This document shows positions 9,000 through 16,919 of a stretch of DNA of 64,000 bases, piece after piece (the first letter of the stretch is position 1; each line of letters starts with the position of its first letter). The stretch lies in the NCBI GenBank assembly GCA_050949565.1, contig JBMNFY010000011.1, positions 32,001 through 96,000 on the forward strand, written 5' to 3'. Source of the stretch: Kiritimatiellia bacterium (GTDB lineage: Bacteria > Verrucomicrobiota > Kiritimatiellia > RFP12 > UBA1067). The notes below the pieces were generated by a model. The model saw only the letters and a list, made by a program, of their open reading frames with translations, made no database searches and was not told the origin of the DNA. The translations under genes were made by a program, and so were the position numbers.

Positions 9000-9512
9000 A
9001 TGTCCACACCTCTCGTCGGTATCGTCATGGGCAGCGATTCGGATTGGCCGCTCGTGCAGAAGGCCGCAGACACCCTTAAAGCTTTTGATGTCGCATTTGA
9101 CGTGCGCGTCATCTCCGCACACCGCACACCGGAACTCGCCTCTGATTACGCGGCCAACGCCGAAGCGCGCGGCCTCAAGGTCATCATCGCGGCGGCCGGC
9201 GGTGCCGCCCACCTCGGCGGCGTGCTCGCCGCCCACACGGTCCTCCCGGTGATCGGCATTCCGGTCGCCGGCGGTGCGCTCAACGGTCTTGATGCGCTCT
9301 ACGCCACGCTCCAGATGCCGGCCGGTGTCCCGGTCGCCACCGTGACGCTCGGCAGCGCGGGCCCGGTCAACGCCGCCCTGCTCGCCGTCCAGATCCTCGG
9401 CACTGCCGATCCAGAGTTGCGCAAGAAATTCCGCGTCTACAAGGACGGCCTGAAGGACAAGGTCGCAGAAGGCAACGCCAAGGTGCAGGCGCAACTTGAA
9501 GCTAGGATTTAG
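9000..9512 (+). CDS. purE: N5-carboxyaminoimidazole ribonucleotide mutase
   Basis: MSTPLVGIVMGSDSD, SAHRTP, AGGAAHL, PVIGIP, QMPAGVPVATV; AGGAG RBS; start trimmed from the track ORF 8856. Confidence 0.97.
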   Translation: MSTPLVGIVMGSDSDWPLVQKAADTLKAFDVAFDVRVISAHRTPELASDYAANAEARGLKVIIAAAGGAAHLGGVLAAHTVLPVIGIPVAGGALNGLDALYATLQMPAGVPVATVTLGSAGPVNAALLAVQILGTADPELRKKFRVYKDGLKDKVAEGNAKVQAQLEARI

Positions 9513-9598
9513 GATTTAGGATTTAGGAGTTGGGACAGGTCTGGGCTCGCGAAGCGCAATGAAACCCTGAGACCCTGAAACCCTGAAACCCTGAAACC
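9503..9598. repeat. Short tandem repeats: (TAGGATT)x4 and (TGAAACCC)x5
   Basis: Read directly at 9503-9531 and 9560-9598, between convergent genes. Confidence 0.85.
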
Positions 9599-9622
9599 AG
9601 CCTCCGCGCACGGCGCGGAGGC

Positions 9623-10744
9623 TCACAGCGCGGCGAGCAACTCGCGGATCGCCCGTTCGCGCGCCTCAATGGATTCGCACAGGCGGAACTGCACGCGGGC
9701 GCGGTTGAGATTCTGCTCCGGCTGGCGAATCTTGAAATAGACGCTGCCGGCCAGATAGTCTTGGAAGAAACGCAGCCCCAGTTCAAACGTGATCAACCGG
9801 ATCGCGTCGTACAGGTAGTGGCGGTCCGCCTCGGTCAGGAACGCGCGGGCGTGTTTCATGTAGCCCTTGCAGAACGCAGCGCAGAGGTCGAGGTCAAACA
9901 CCACCTTGCTGAGGTTCTGCTCCTCCTCGCCTGCTGGATTGCAGATTGAGCGCAGGGCGTCACCGAAGTCGTAGTGGATCAGGCCGGGACTCACGGTGTC
10001 GAGGTCGATCATCGCCGTACCCTTGCCGGTGAAATCATCGATCATGATATTGTTGACCTTGGGGTCGCCGTGCATCAGCCGTAGCGACAACTCGCCTCTC
10101 TGCAACGCATCCTGCAACGTACCGGCGAACCCGCGTCGATCTTCGATGAACTTCGCCATGCGGCGCGCCTCCATCGACGCATTAAGCCGCTTCTCGGCCA
10201 GCGGCTCGTTCTGGAGCGTTGCGTCATACTGCGCCATATAGTTGGGCGTGATGTGAAACCCCGGCAGCGGATCGATGATGTCTGCGGGATCCAGATCCGA
10301 GACCAGCCAGTGGAAATGCCCCAGCACGGCACCGCACTCCGCCGCATGCTCGGCATTCTGCGCCTCGTCGTAAGCGGTGGCCGACGCGATTTTCGTGATC
10401 ACGCGCCAGATGTCGCCGGTCTCGTCCACGAAATAATCTTCGCCGGTGCGCGTCTTGACGATACGCGGCATCTGCCAGACGCGATCTGTCCGGCCAGCCT
10501 CGGCCTCGGCCTCCAGTTTGGCGTGCACATGCGCCGTCAGCCGGTGCAGGTTGCGCATGATCACCTCGGGCTGCGGAAAGACCTTGCGGTTGACCCGCTG
10601 CAAGATCACCTGTTCCTCCGCAAAGGTGTTGCGGAAGATACCCAGAAAGGTATCGTTGACGTTCCCGCTGCCTGTCGGGTTGATGGTAACCAGCCGGCCC
10701 GATATCTCGAACTGGCGCATCATCAGAGACAATTCCATTCGCAT
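9623..10744 (-). CDS. APH-family sugar kinase (N-acetylhexosamine 1-kinase-like)
   Basis: GSGNVNDT, ILQRVN, GFHITP, HGDPKVNN, IDLDTV, YDFGDALR, RFFQDYLAG; start trimmed to the ATG after AAGGA. Confidence 0.85.
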   Translation of the reverse strand: MRMELSLMMRQFEISGRLVTINPTGSGNVNDTFLGIFRNTFAEEQVILQRVNRKVFPQPEVIMRNLHRLTAHVHAKLEAEAEAGRTDRVWQMPRIVKTRTGEDYFVDETGDIWRVITKIASATAYDEAQNAEHAAECGAVLGHFHWLVSDLDPADIIDPLPGFHITPNYMAQYDATLQNEPLAEKRLNASMEARRMAKFIEDRRGFAGTLQDALQRGELSLRLMHGDPKVNNIMIDDFTGKGTAMIDLDTVSPGLIHYDFGDALRSICNPAGEEEQNLSKVVFDLDLCAAFCKGYMKHARAFLTEADRHYLYDAIRLITFELGLRFFQDYLAGSVYFKIRQPEQNLNRARVQFRLCESIEARERAIRELLAAL

Positions 10745-10839
10745 CACTTCCTTGTTGTCACGTAATGACAGGCATTTTTCATGGTTTACGCACAAAACGC
10801 AACCCCAAAAAACCAGGGGCGGGGTTTTGCTTCCGGACT

Positions 10840-13428
10840 TTATTGCGGTGTTCCGCTCATGCGGACGGGGATGATGTCCCCCTTGTCGTTGAAGTACATG
10901 CGGTCGAGGCAAACCACACGGTGGTGCGCAGACAGCGATGGTATAGGACGGCGATGGTAACAAATGTACCAATCGTCGGTACCGGGAATGTTGATCACGG
11001 AATGATGTCCCGCGCCAGTTGCCAAAGGGCGCTGTGAGTCGAGTATCCGTCCCTTGAATTCAAAAGGACCAAAAGGTGAAGACGACACGCTGTAGTTGAC
11101 GCAATAGGAATCCTTTGTCCAGCTACCACTCGAATACATGAAGTACCAGACGCCTTTCCTCTCGAACATCACGGAGCCCTCGACATAATCTTGCGGGGTG
11201 ATGTCACGCCAAATCCTCCCGTCATCAAGCGGCTGCAACGACTTGAAATCCGGTGCCAGCTTGACGAGATTGCAGCGGCCCCATCCTCCATAGATCATGT
11301 ACCACTCGCCTTCGTAGCAAAAGACATACTGGTCGATCGGCTGAGCACCATTCCAGAAACGATCGATGAGAGGCTTGCCGATCAAATCGCGGTACGGCCC
11401 CTCCGGACGATCCGCAACCGCCACGCCGATACCACCGTACTTGCTGATGCCCGGCTCCGGTTGCGGCTCACCGTCCTCGCGCCGGCCGCCGACAGGGTAA
11501 GCGTCGTTTGCGCCAAAGAAGAGATAGTACTTGCCGTCCTTCTCGTGGGCGTCGGGTGCCCACAGGCAGCCCCGCGCCCAAGTGACCTCATTCGTCGTCA
11601 AAATCCGCGCGTGCTTCGTCCAGACCTTCAGGTCCGGCGATGAGAATGCATCCATCGCAACCTGCTGCTCGAACGGGAGCGACATCGTCGGGAAAATCCA
11701 ATAGGTTTTTCCGTATCGCCGGATCTGCGGATCGGCATACCATCCGGGCAGAATCGGATTTCCTCCTGTCTCAAAGGTCTGCTTGTCACCCTCGATGTCG
11801 CCACGTTTCTTCCCCGTCACATACTCCCTGCATGCCCAGTAGGCAGGCTTTGGCGAAAAGTCTTTGTGGACGATGCCAAAGTGGTGTTCGCTATAGTACG
11901 GGTCTTTTTCGACCGCGAGAAATTCATAGATGAAGTACCTTTCAACACCATTCGCGAAGGCGGACTTTATCGCATCGACCGTATACTTCGCTTGCTGGGA
12001 TTCGTCACTCGTGCCGACTGATCGCCCACGGCTGGACACGATCACACGGCCCTTCATGTCGCTGCCGAAGAGATACGCCGCCGCGCCGACGGCGGGTCCG
12101 CCACTCTTGTCCTTGCCGACCAGCAGCGGAACCATCTGATCACCGGGCTGGAGCAGACGTGCAGAGAAAAACCGATCCGCAGAAAGTCCAGCCGGATCGC
12201 ATTTCAACCCTACGGTGCTCGCCTCTTCCGACGGGAACGTCTTCGTTGACTGCGGCATTGCCTTGTTGTCCCACCATGCCTCGACACCAATGCGCAAACG
12301 GTTGCGCGCGGCAGCCCCTTCCCTTGCGCCGTGTGCTGAGGAACCGGCATACTGGCCGCCGCGCATCGGATAGTAAAGCGGGTAACCCCCGAAGAGAACG
12401 AGCGTTCCGCCTTTTTTCACAAAGTCAACGACCGCATCAATCGTGTCGTCAGGATACCGTTCACCGAACGGGAAGACGACCAGATCAATCTCCCCACGAG
12501 GAAGGCGAGCGTTGAGTTCCTCAGCCGAACACACGGTACACGTCGAGCCGACAGGCAATATCTCCTGCAACGAACGCGCGAACTCAGCAGCGGTGGCTCC
12601 GGGTATGCCCAGGTCAACATACACCGCGCGCCAAGCCTTCTGGTCTGGTCTTGCGATTTTGAGCCCCGCCTTAAGGACCGGCGTTTCCGGCACCCTTGCC
12701 CTGTGTGTCGGCCAGCCCATTTCCGTAATCCAAATCGGACGGTCGGCAATACCGTTCCGCGCCATCATCTGCTTCAAGTTCTTAAGGTCCTCCGTCAACC
12801 CCGGTTCCGGCGGATTCGGGTGACGGTAGGGATGGACATTGACAATGTCAAAGGCGTCCTTCGCACCCGCTTTGATGGCCGCCTCAATGAAATCGTACGC
12901 ACACCCCGCCGTGCCGCCGAAGGCGACCAGAACAGTCGGATCGACGGCCTTTACCTCCTCATACGCCACCTTCAACACCTCGGCGTACTTTTCAGGATTC
13001 GGATCCTTCCAGAAGGCACTGATGTTGGCCTCGTTCCAGATCTCGACCACGGGGATCCGCCCTTTGAAATGCCGCGCCGACTCACGGATAAATGCGCGCC
13101 ATTCCGTGAGATGCTCATTCACCGGCTGCGCCCACCCCGGAACGCCATGAAAAATCGGCAATACCTTGATGCCGTATTTCGCCGCGTCATCAACGACTTG
13201 ATCATACCGCGAGAAATCAAATGGACCATTCTTGGCTTTCTGGCAGTGATGCCAATCGAAGTCGCTGCGGACGTAATCGAAGCCCGCATCCTGCATCATT
13301 TCGTAGGTACGGATACGGTTGTTGAACTCATCCCGCGTCACATGCGCGCAGACGCCGACACGCCCGTCTGCCTGCGCCATGATCGCCGCCGCCACCAACA
13401 ACGGAGCAATAACTTTGATGTTCATCAT
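10840..13428 (-). CDS. Secreted bimodular glycoside hydrolase: clan GH-A barrel (GH39/GH5-like) plus GH43
   Basis: Signal peptide; EIWNEAN, VNVHPY, IWITEMGW; GH43 motifs YADP, LWAPD, PIDQ, YVEG, GHHS. Confidence 0.85.
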   Translation of the reverse strand: MMNIKVIAPLLVAAAIMAQADGRVGVCAHVTRDEFNNRIRTYEMMQDAGFDYVRSDFDWHHCQKAKNGPFDFSRYDQVVDDAAKYGIKVLPIFHGVPGWAQPVNEHLTEWRAFIRESARHFKGRIPVVEIWNEANISAFWKDPNPEKYAEVLKVAYEEVKAVDPTVLVAFGGTAGCAYDFIEAAIKAGAKDAFDIVNVHPYRHPNPPEPGLTEDLKNLKQMMARNGIADRPIWITEMGWPTHRARVPETPVLKAGLKIARPDQKAWRAVYVDLGIPGATAAEFARSLQEILPVGSTCTVCSAEELNARLPRGEIDLVVFPFGERYPDDTIDAVVDFVKKGGTLVLFGGYPLYYPMRGGQYAGSSAHGAREGAAARNRLRIGVEAWWDNKAMPQSTKTFPSEEASTVGLKCDPAGLSADRFFSARLLQPGDQMVPLLVGKDKSGGPAVGAAAYLFGSDMKGRVIVSSRGRSVGTSDESQQAKYTVDAIKSAFANGVERYFIYEFLAVEKDPYYSEHHFGIVHKDFSPKPAYWACREYVTGKKRGDIEGDKQTFETGGNPILPGWYADPQIRRYGKTYWIFPTMSLPFEQQVAMDAFSSPDLKVWTKHARILTTNEVTWARGCLWAPDAHEKDGKYYLFFGANDAYPVGGRREDGEPQPEPGISKYGGIGVAVADRPEGPYRDLIGKPLIDRFWNGAQPIDQYVFCYEGEWYMIYGGWGRCNLVKLAPDFKSLQPLDDGRIWRDITPQDYVEGSVMFERKGVWYFMYSSGSWTKDSYCVNYSVSSSPFGPFEFKGRILDSQRPLATGAGHHSVINIPGTDDWYICYHRRPIPSLSAHHRVVCLDRMYFNDKGDIIPVRMSGTPQ

Positions 13429-13568
13429 CGTTTCTTCAATCGCAATAGAGTAAGTGAATAAAGATCCGCCAGCCAGCGACCGACGGGAGTACGCTTTTTT
13501 CAGGTACCGAATGAAGTTCATTTTGGCATGCAGGCAGAATCTCGGCAAGGACAAACAAAACAGCGCGC

Positions 13569-13597
13569 TTGTTTGGGTGGCGCGGACCCTGTATAAT
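13569..13597 (+). promoter_or_regulatory. Sigma70 promoter of der (near-leaderless)
   Basis: TTGTTT-N17-TATAAT; ATG only 8 nt downstream; no Shine-Dalgarno. Confidence 0.6.
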
Positions 13598-13605
13598 CAG
13601 GGCGC

Positions 13606-15123
13606 ATGATTCCCCAACAGACAGAGACGGCAAAAGACCGGGTGATTGTGATTGTCGGACGCCCCAACGTCGGCAAATCCGCCATCTTCAACCGCATCGC
13701 GGGACGCCGGATCGCGATCGTGCACGACGAGAGCGGCGTGACCCGCGACCGGTTGGTGCGCGAGGTGGAGTGGGACGATGAGCGCTTTCAACTGGTGGAC
13801 ACCGGCGGCGTGGTGATGCTCGATGCCGAAGGCCGCAAGAACACCATTGAGTCCGGCATCCGCGCCCAAGTGGACGCAGCGCTTGATGATGCCGCCGTGG
13901 CGATCTTGGTGGTAGACGTGCAACAGGGCGTGCATCCGTTGGACGAAGAGGTCGCCAGCATCATCCGCAAGCGCGGTGTGCCCTGTGTGGTCGCGGTCAA
14001 CAAGTGCGACCAGCCGCAGCATGAGCCTGGCGCCGCCGAGTTTGCACGTCTCGGATTCCCCCTCTTTCCCGTGGCGGCCCAGCACAACCGCGGCATGGGT
14101 GACCTGATGGATGCGGTGTTGCCCCACCTGCCGGAAGTCGCCAACGAGACGGAGGAAAAACCGCTGCGCGTCGCGATCGTTGGACGCCCCAACGCCGGCA
14201 AGTCCTCGTACATCAACCGACTGCTGCGCGAGGATCGCGTGATCGTCTCCGATGTCGCCGGCACCACGCGCGATTCGATCGACGTTCCCTTCACGATCGG
14301 CAGCGGCGATCAGGCGCGCCACTATGTTTTGGTAGACACGGCCGGCATGCGCAACAGGCACCGCGTCGACAGTGCGGTAGAACGTTTCAGCCTGTTCCGC
14401 GCCGAGGAGAGCATCAAAGACGCCGACGTCGTGGTGCTGGTGCTTGATCCAGAACTGGGCCCCACCGTGCAGGACAAACATATCGCGTCCTTGATCCAGA
14501 AAAACAAAAAGGGCTGCGTGCTGATGATGAACAAGTGGGACCTTGCTCAGGAGAAAGGGATGACGCAGACCCAGACCGAGCCGGTACTGCGCGCGATCAT
14601 GCCGTTCATGAATTACGTGCCACTGGTGTTCGTCTCGGCCAAGACCGGCTACAACATACGCCGCAGCATTGAGGTCATCGACGCCGTAGCCACCCAGACG
14701 CGAACTAAGCTACCGACGGGCATGCTGAACCGCACACTGGTTGAAGCGACGCGCCGGGTGGTTGCTCCCTTGCGCGGCGGCAAGCGCCTGCGCGTCTACT
14801 ACGCGGTGCAACTCGGCGTGGCGCCCATCACGATCCGCATGTTCGTAAACGACCCCAAGATCGCGACCAGGCCCTACACCGATTTCATGATACGCGCGCT
14901 ACGCGAGCGCTTCGGTCTCGAAGGCGCGCCGGTCGAAATCCTCTACCGTGCGCGTTCGCGTCCCGAACTCAGTGCAAGTGCGGGCGCGGCAGCGGACGCA
15001 TCGGTAGTTGGAGACCCAGACGCCGAGACCAAGACAGTGAACCGCCCTACCCGACCGCCCCGCCGCAAAGCCAAAGCACGGTCTCCCAAGAAATCGCCGC
15101 CCCGCCGTACGAAATCCCGTTAA
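13606..15123 (+). CDS. der: Ribosome biogenesis GTPase Der (EngA)
   Basis: Two G domains: GRPNVGKS/DTGG/NKCD and GRPNAGKS/DTAG/NKWD; KH-like C-domain; basic tail. Confidence 0.97.
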   Translation: MIPQQTETAKDRVIVIVGRPNVGKSAIFNRIAGRRIAIVHDESGVTRDRLVREVEWDDERFQLVDTGGVVMLDAEGRKNTIESGIRAQVDAALDDAAVAILVVDVQQGVHPLDEEVASIIRKRGVPCVVAVNKCDQPQHEPGAAEFARLGFPLFPVAAQHNRGMGDLMDAVLPHLPEVANETEEKPLRVAIVGRPNAGKSSYINRLLREDRVIVSDVAGTTRDSIDVPFTIGSGDQARHYVLVDTAGMRNRHRVDSAVERFSLFRAEESIKDADVVVLVLDPELGPTVQDKHIASLIQKNKKGCVLMMNKWDLAQEKGMTQTQTEPVLRAIMPFMNYVPLVFVSAKTGYNIRRSIEVIDAVATQTRTKLPTGMLNRTLVEATRRVVAPLRGGKRLRVYYAVQLGVAPITIRMFVNDPKIATRPYTDFMIRALRERFGLEGAPVEILYRARSRPELSASAGAAADASVVGDPDAETKTVNRPTRPPRRKAKARSPKKSPPRRTKSR

Positions 15124-15165
15124 CCTCCGCATGAGTGCCCGACATGTATGGTAAAAAAACAGGTT

Positions 15166-15391
15166 GTTTGTTTAACGCAGAGGTGCAGAGACGCAGAGGT
15201 TTTTTGGGGAGCCCTGATCGGGTGTTTCACGCGAAGGCGCGAAGACGCGAAGGATTGGAGGGCGAGTGTCCTCACGAGCCGCCTTCCGCTACGCGGAAGG
15301 ATGGTCTCAAACTTCCTCGCAGAGCACCGGGAGGGACGAGCGTCGCTCGTCCGCGGGCAAGCAGACGCTTGCCCCTCCCAGCGCTTCGCAA
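15166..15391. repeat. Mosaic of dispersed repeats and REP-like palindromes
   Basis: 15166-15281 matches the reverse complement of 57501-57624; hairpins at 15334-15352 and 15355-15374; 15355-15391 matches the reverse complement of 52369-52405. Confidence 0.85.
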
Positions 15392-15507
15392 GCCGATGAC
15401 AAGTGCTGGAGGGTGACATCTGGATGGCGCGATAAAAATAGAAACCTTTGTGTCCTTGCCTTTGTGTGAGATTGACTTGATTCGCGGGCTCCGCCCGCAC
15501 TAGTTGT

Positions 15508-16914
15508 ATGTACCGAAAAATTTCCGTTCAATGGTGGCGTTTCTGGATGGCCGGTGAAGGGCTCTCGGTCAAGACCGGCCGCGCGTTATTGCTCTGTGCC
15601 CTGACCGGCCTCATAGCCGGGTTGGCGGCATCGGGATTCTATTGGTTGCTGGAGAGCGCCCGCTACTATCTGATGGAAGGGCTGGCGCACTACACGCCGC
15701 CGCTTGCAGCAGGTGAAACGGCGATCTATCCGACCGTGCATCACACGGAACGACTGCGCTGGGTGCTACTGGTACTGCCAGCCTTAGGTGCCATGGCAGG
15801 CGCGCTGCTCGTCAAGTTCTTCGCGCCATCCGCTGGCGGACACGGTACCGACGCCGCGATCAACGCCTACCACCGCAACGAAGGACGGATTCCTTTTGCC
15901 GTGATTCCAGTCAAGGCGGTTGCCTCGGCACTGGTGATCGGTTCGGGGGGTTCCGCTGGTTGCGAGGGGCCAGTCACACAAATCGGTGCGGGTTGCGGCT
16001 CGGCCTTGGCCAGTCTGCTCAAACTCGACGCTGCCGAGCGTCGCGTCCTGATGGCGGCTGGTCTGGCTGCGGGCGTGGGCGCGATTTTCCGCGCACCGCT
16101 GGCGGGCGCGATTTTCGCGGCGGAGATTTTCTACAGCGGCCTCGACATCGAGTACGAAATCTTGATGCCTTCGCTGGTAGCATCGACTGTCGCCTACACG
16201 GTCTTCGCGCTTTTCTTCGGCTGGCACCCGCTCTTCGTCATGCCGGATTACACCTTTGCCGATCCGCGTAAACTGCTACCGTACCTCTTTCTCGCATTGG
16301 TGGTTGCCCTTGGCGCGAAGTTCTATATCTTGGTTTTCCGGCAGTTTGAATCCGCAAGCCGCACCTGGCGCGTGCCAACATGGGTCAAGCCCGGGATCGG
16401 TGGCTTGCTGACCGGTCTGATCGGCTTCTTCCTGCCTCAGGTTCTGGGCTCTGGCTACGGCATCATCCAGCAGACGCTCGTGGTCGACAGTCCGCTTGCC
16501 GAACGTTTCGGAGGACTCTCGCTAGCAATGCTTCTCCTGATCTTTTTCGGCAAGGTTTTCGCGACCGCATTCACGGTCGCCAGCGGCGGAAGCGGCGGCG
16601 TATTCGGTCCGGCGCTGGTCTCGGGCGCGGCGCTCGGAGCGGCCACCGGCTTAGCGCTGACGCGCCTCTTCCCCGGTCTCGAACTCCATCCCGGCGCCTT
16701 CGCGCTGGTCGGCATGGCCGGCTTTCTGGCCGCCTCGGTGCGTGTGCCGATCGCAGCGATCATCATGGTCAGCGAGATCACCGGCAATCACAACCTGCTG
16801 CTGCCCAGTATGTGGGTATGCGGCGTATCCTACTGGCTCAGCAACGGCTGGACCATCTACCGCAGCCAAGTGCGCACCCGCGACTGCTCCCCCGCACACA
16901 TGCGCGGAGGATAA
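15508..16914 (+). CDS. ClC-family chloride channel / H+:Cl- antiporter, no CBS domains
   Basis: GHGTDAAI, GGSAGCEGP, FRAPLAGAIFAAE, SGGSGGVFGP, EITG; many TM helices. Confidence 0.93.
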   Translation: MYRKISVQWWRFWMAGEGLSVKTGRALLLCALTGLIAGLAASGFYWLLESARYYLMEGLAHYTPPLAAGETAIYPTVHHTERLRWVLLVLPALGAMAGALLVKFFAPSAGGHGTDAAINAYHRNEGRIPFAVIPVKAVASALVIGSGGSAGCEGPVTQIGAGCGSALASLLKLDAAERRVLMAAGLAAGVGAIFRAPLAGAIFAAEIFYSGLDIEYEILMPSLVASTVAYTVFALFFGWHPLFVMPDYTFADPRKLLPYLFLALVVALGAKFYILVFRQFESASRTWRVPTWVKPGIGGLLTGLIGFFLPQVLGSGYGIIQQTLVVDSPLAERFGGLSLAMLLLIFFGKVFATAFTVASGGSGGVFGPALVSGAALGAATGLALTRLFPGLELHPGAFALVGMAGFLAASVRVPIAAIIMVSEITGNHNLLLPSMWVCGVSYWLSNGWTIYRSQVRTRDCSPAHMRGG

Positions 16915-16919
16915 ATTAA

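Noticed and set aside
15135-15500. Short ORFs between der and the ClC gene
   Set aside because: They translate repeat and REP sequence; the same pseudo-peptides recur at 47083-47325 and 57446-57874.
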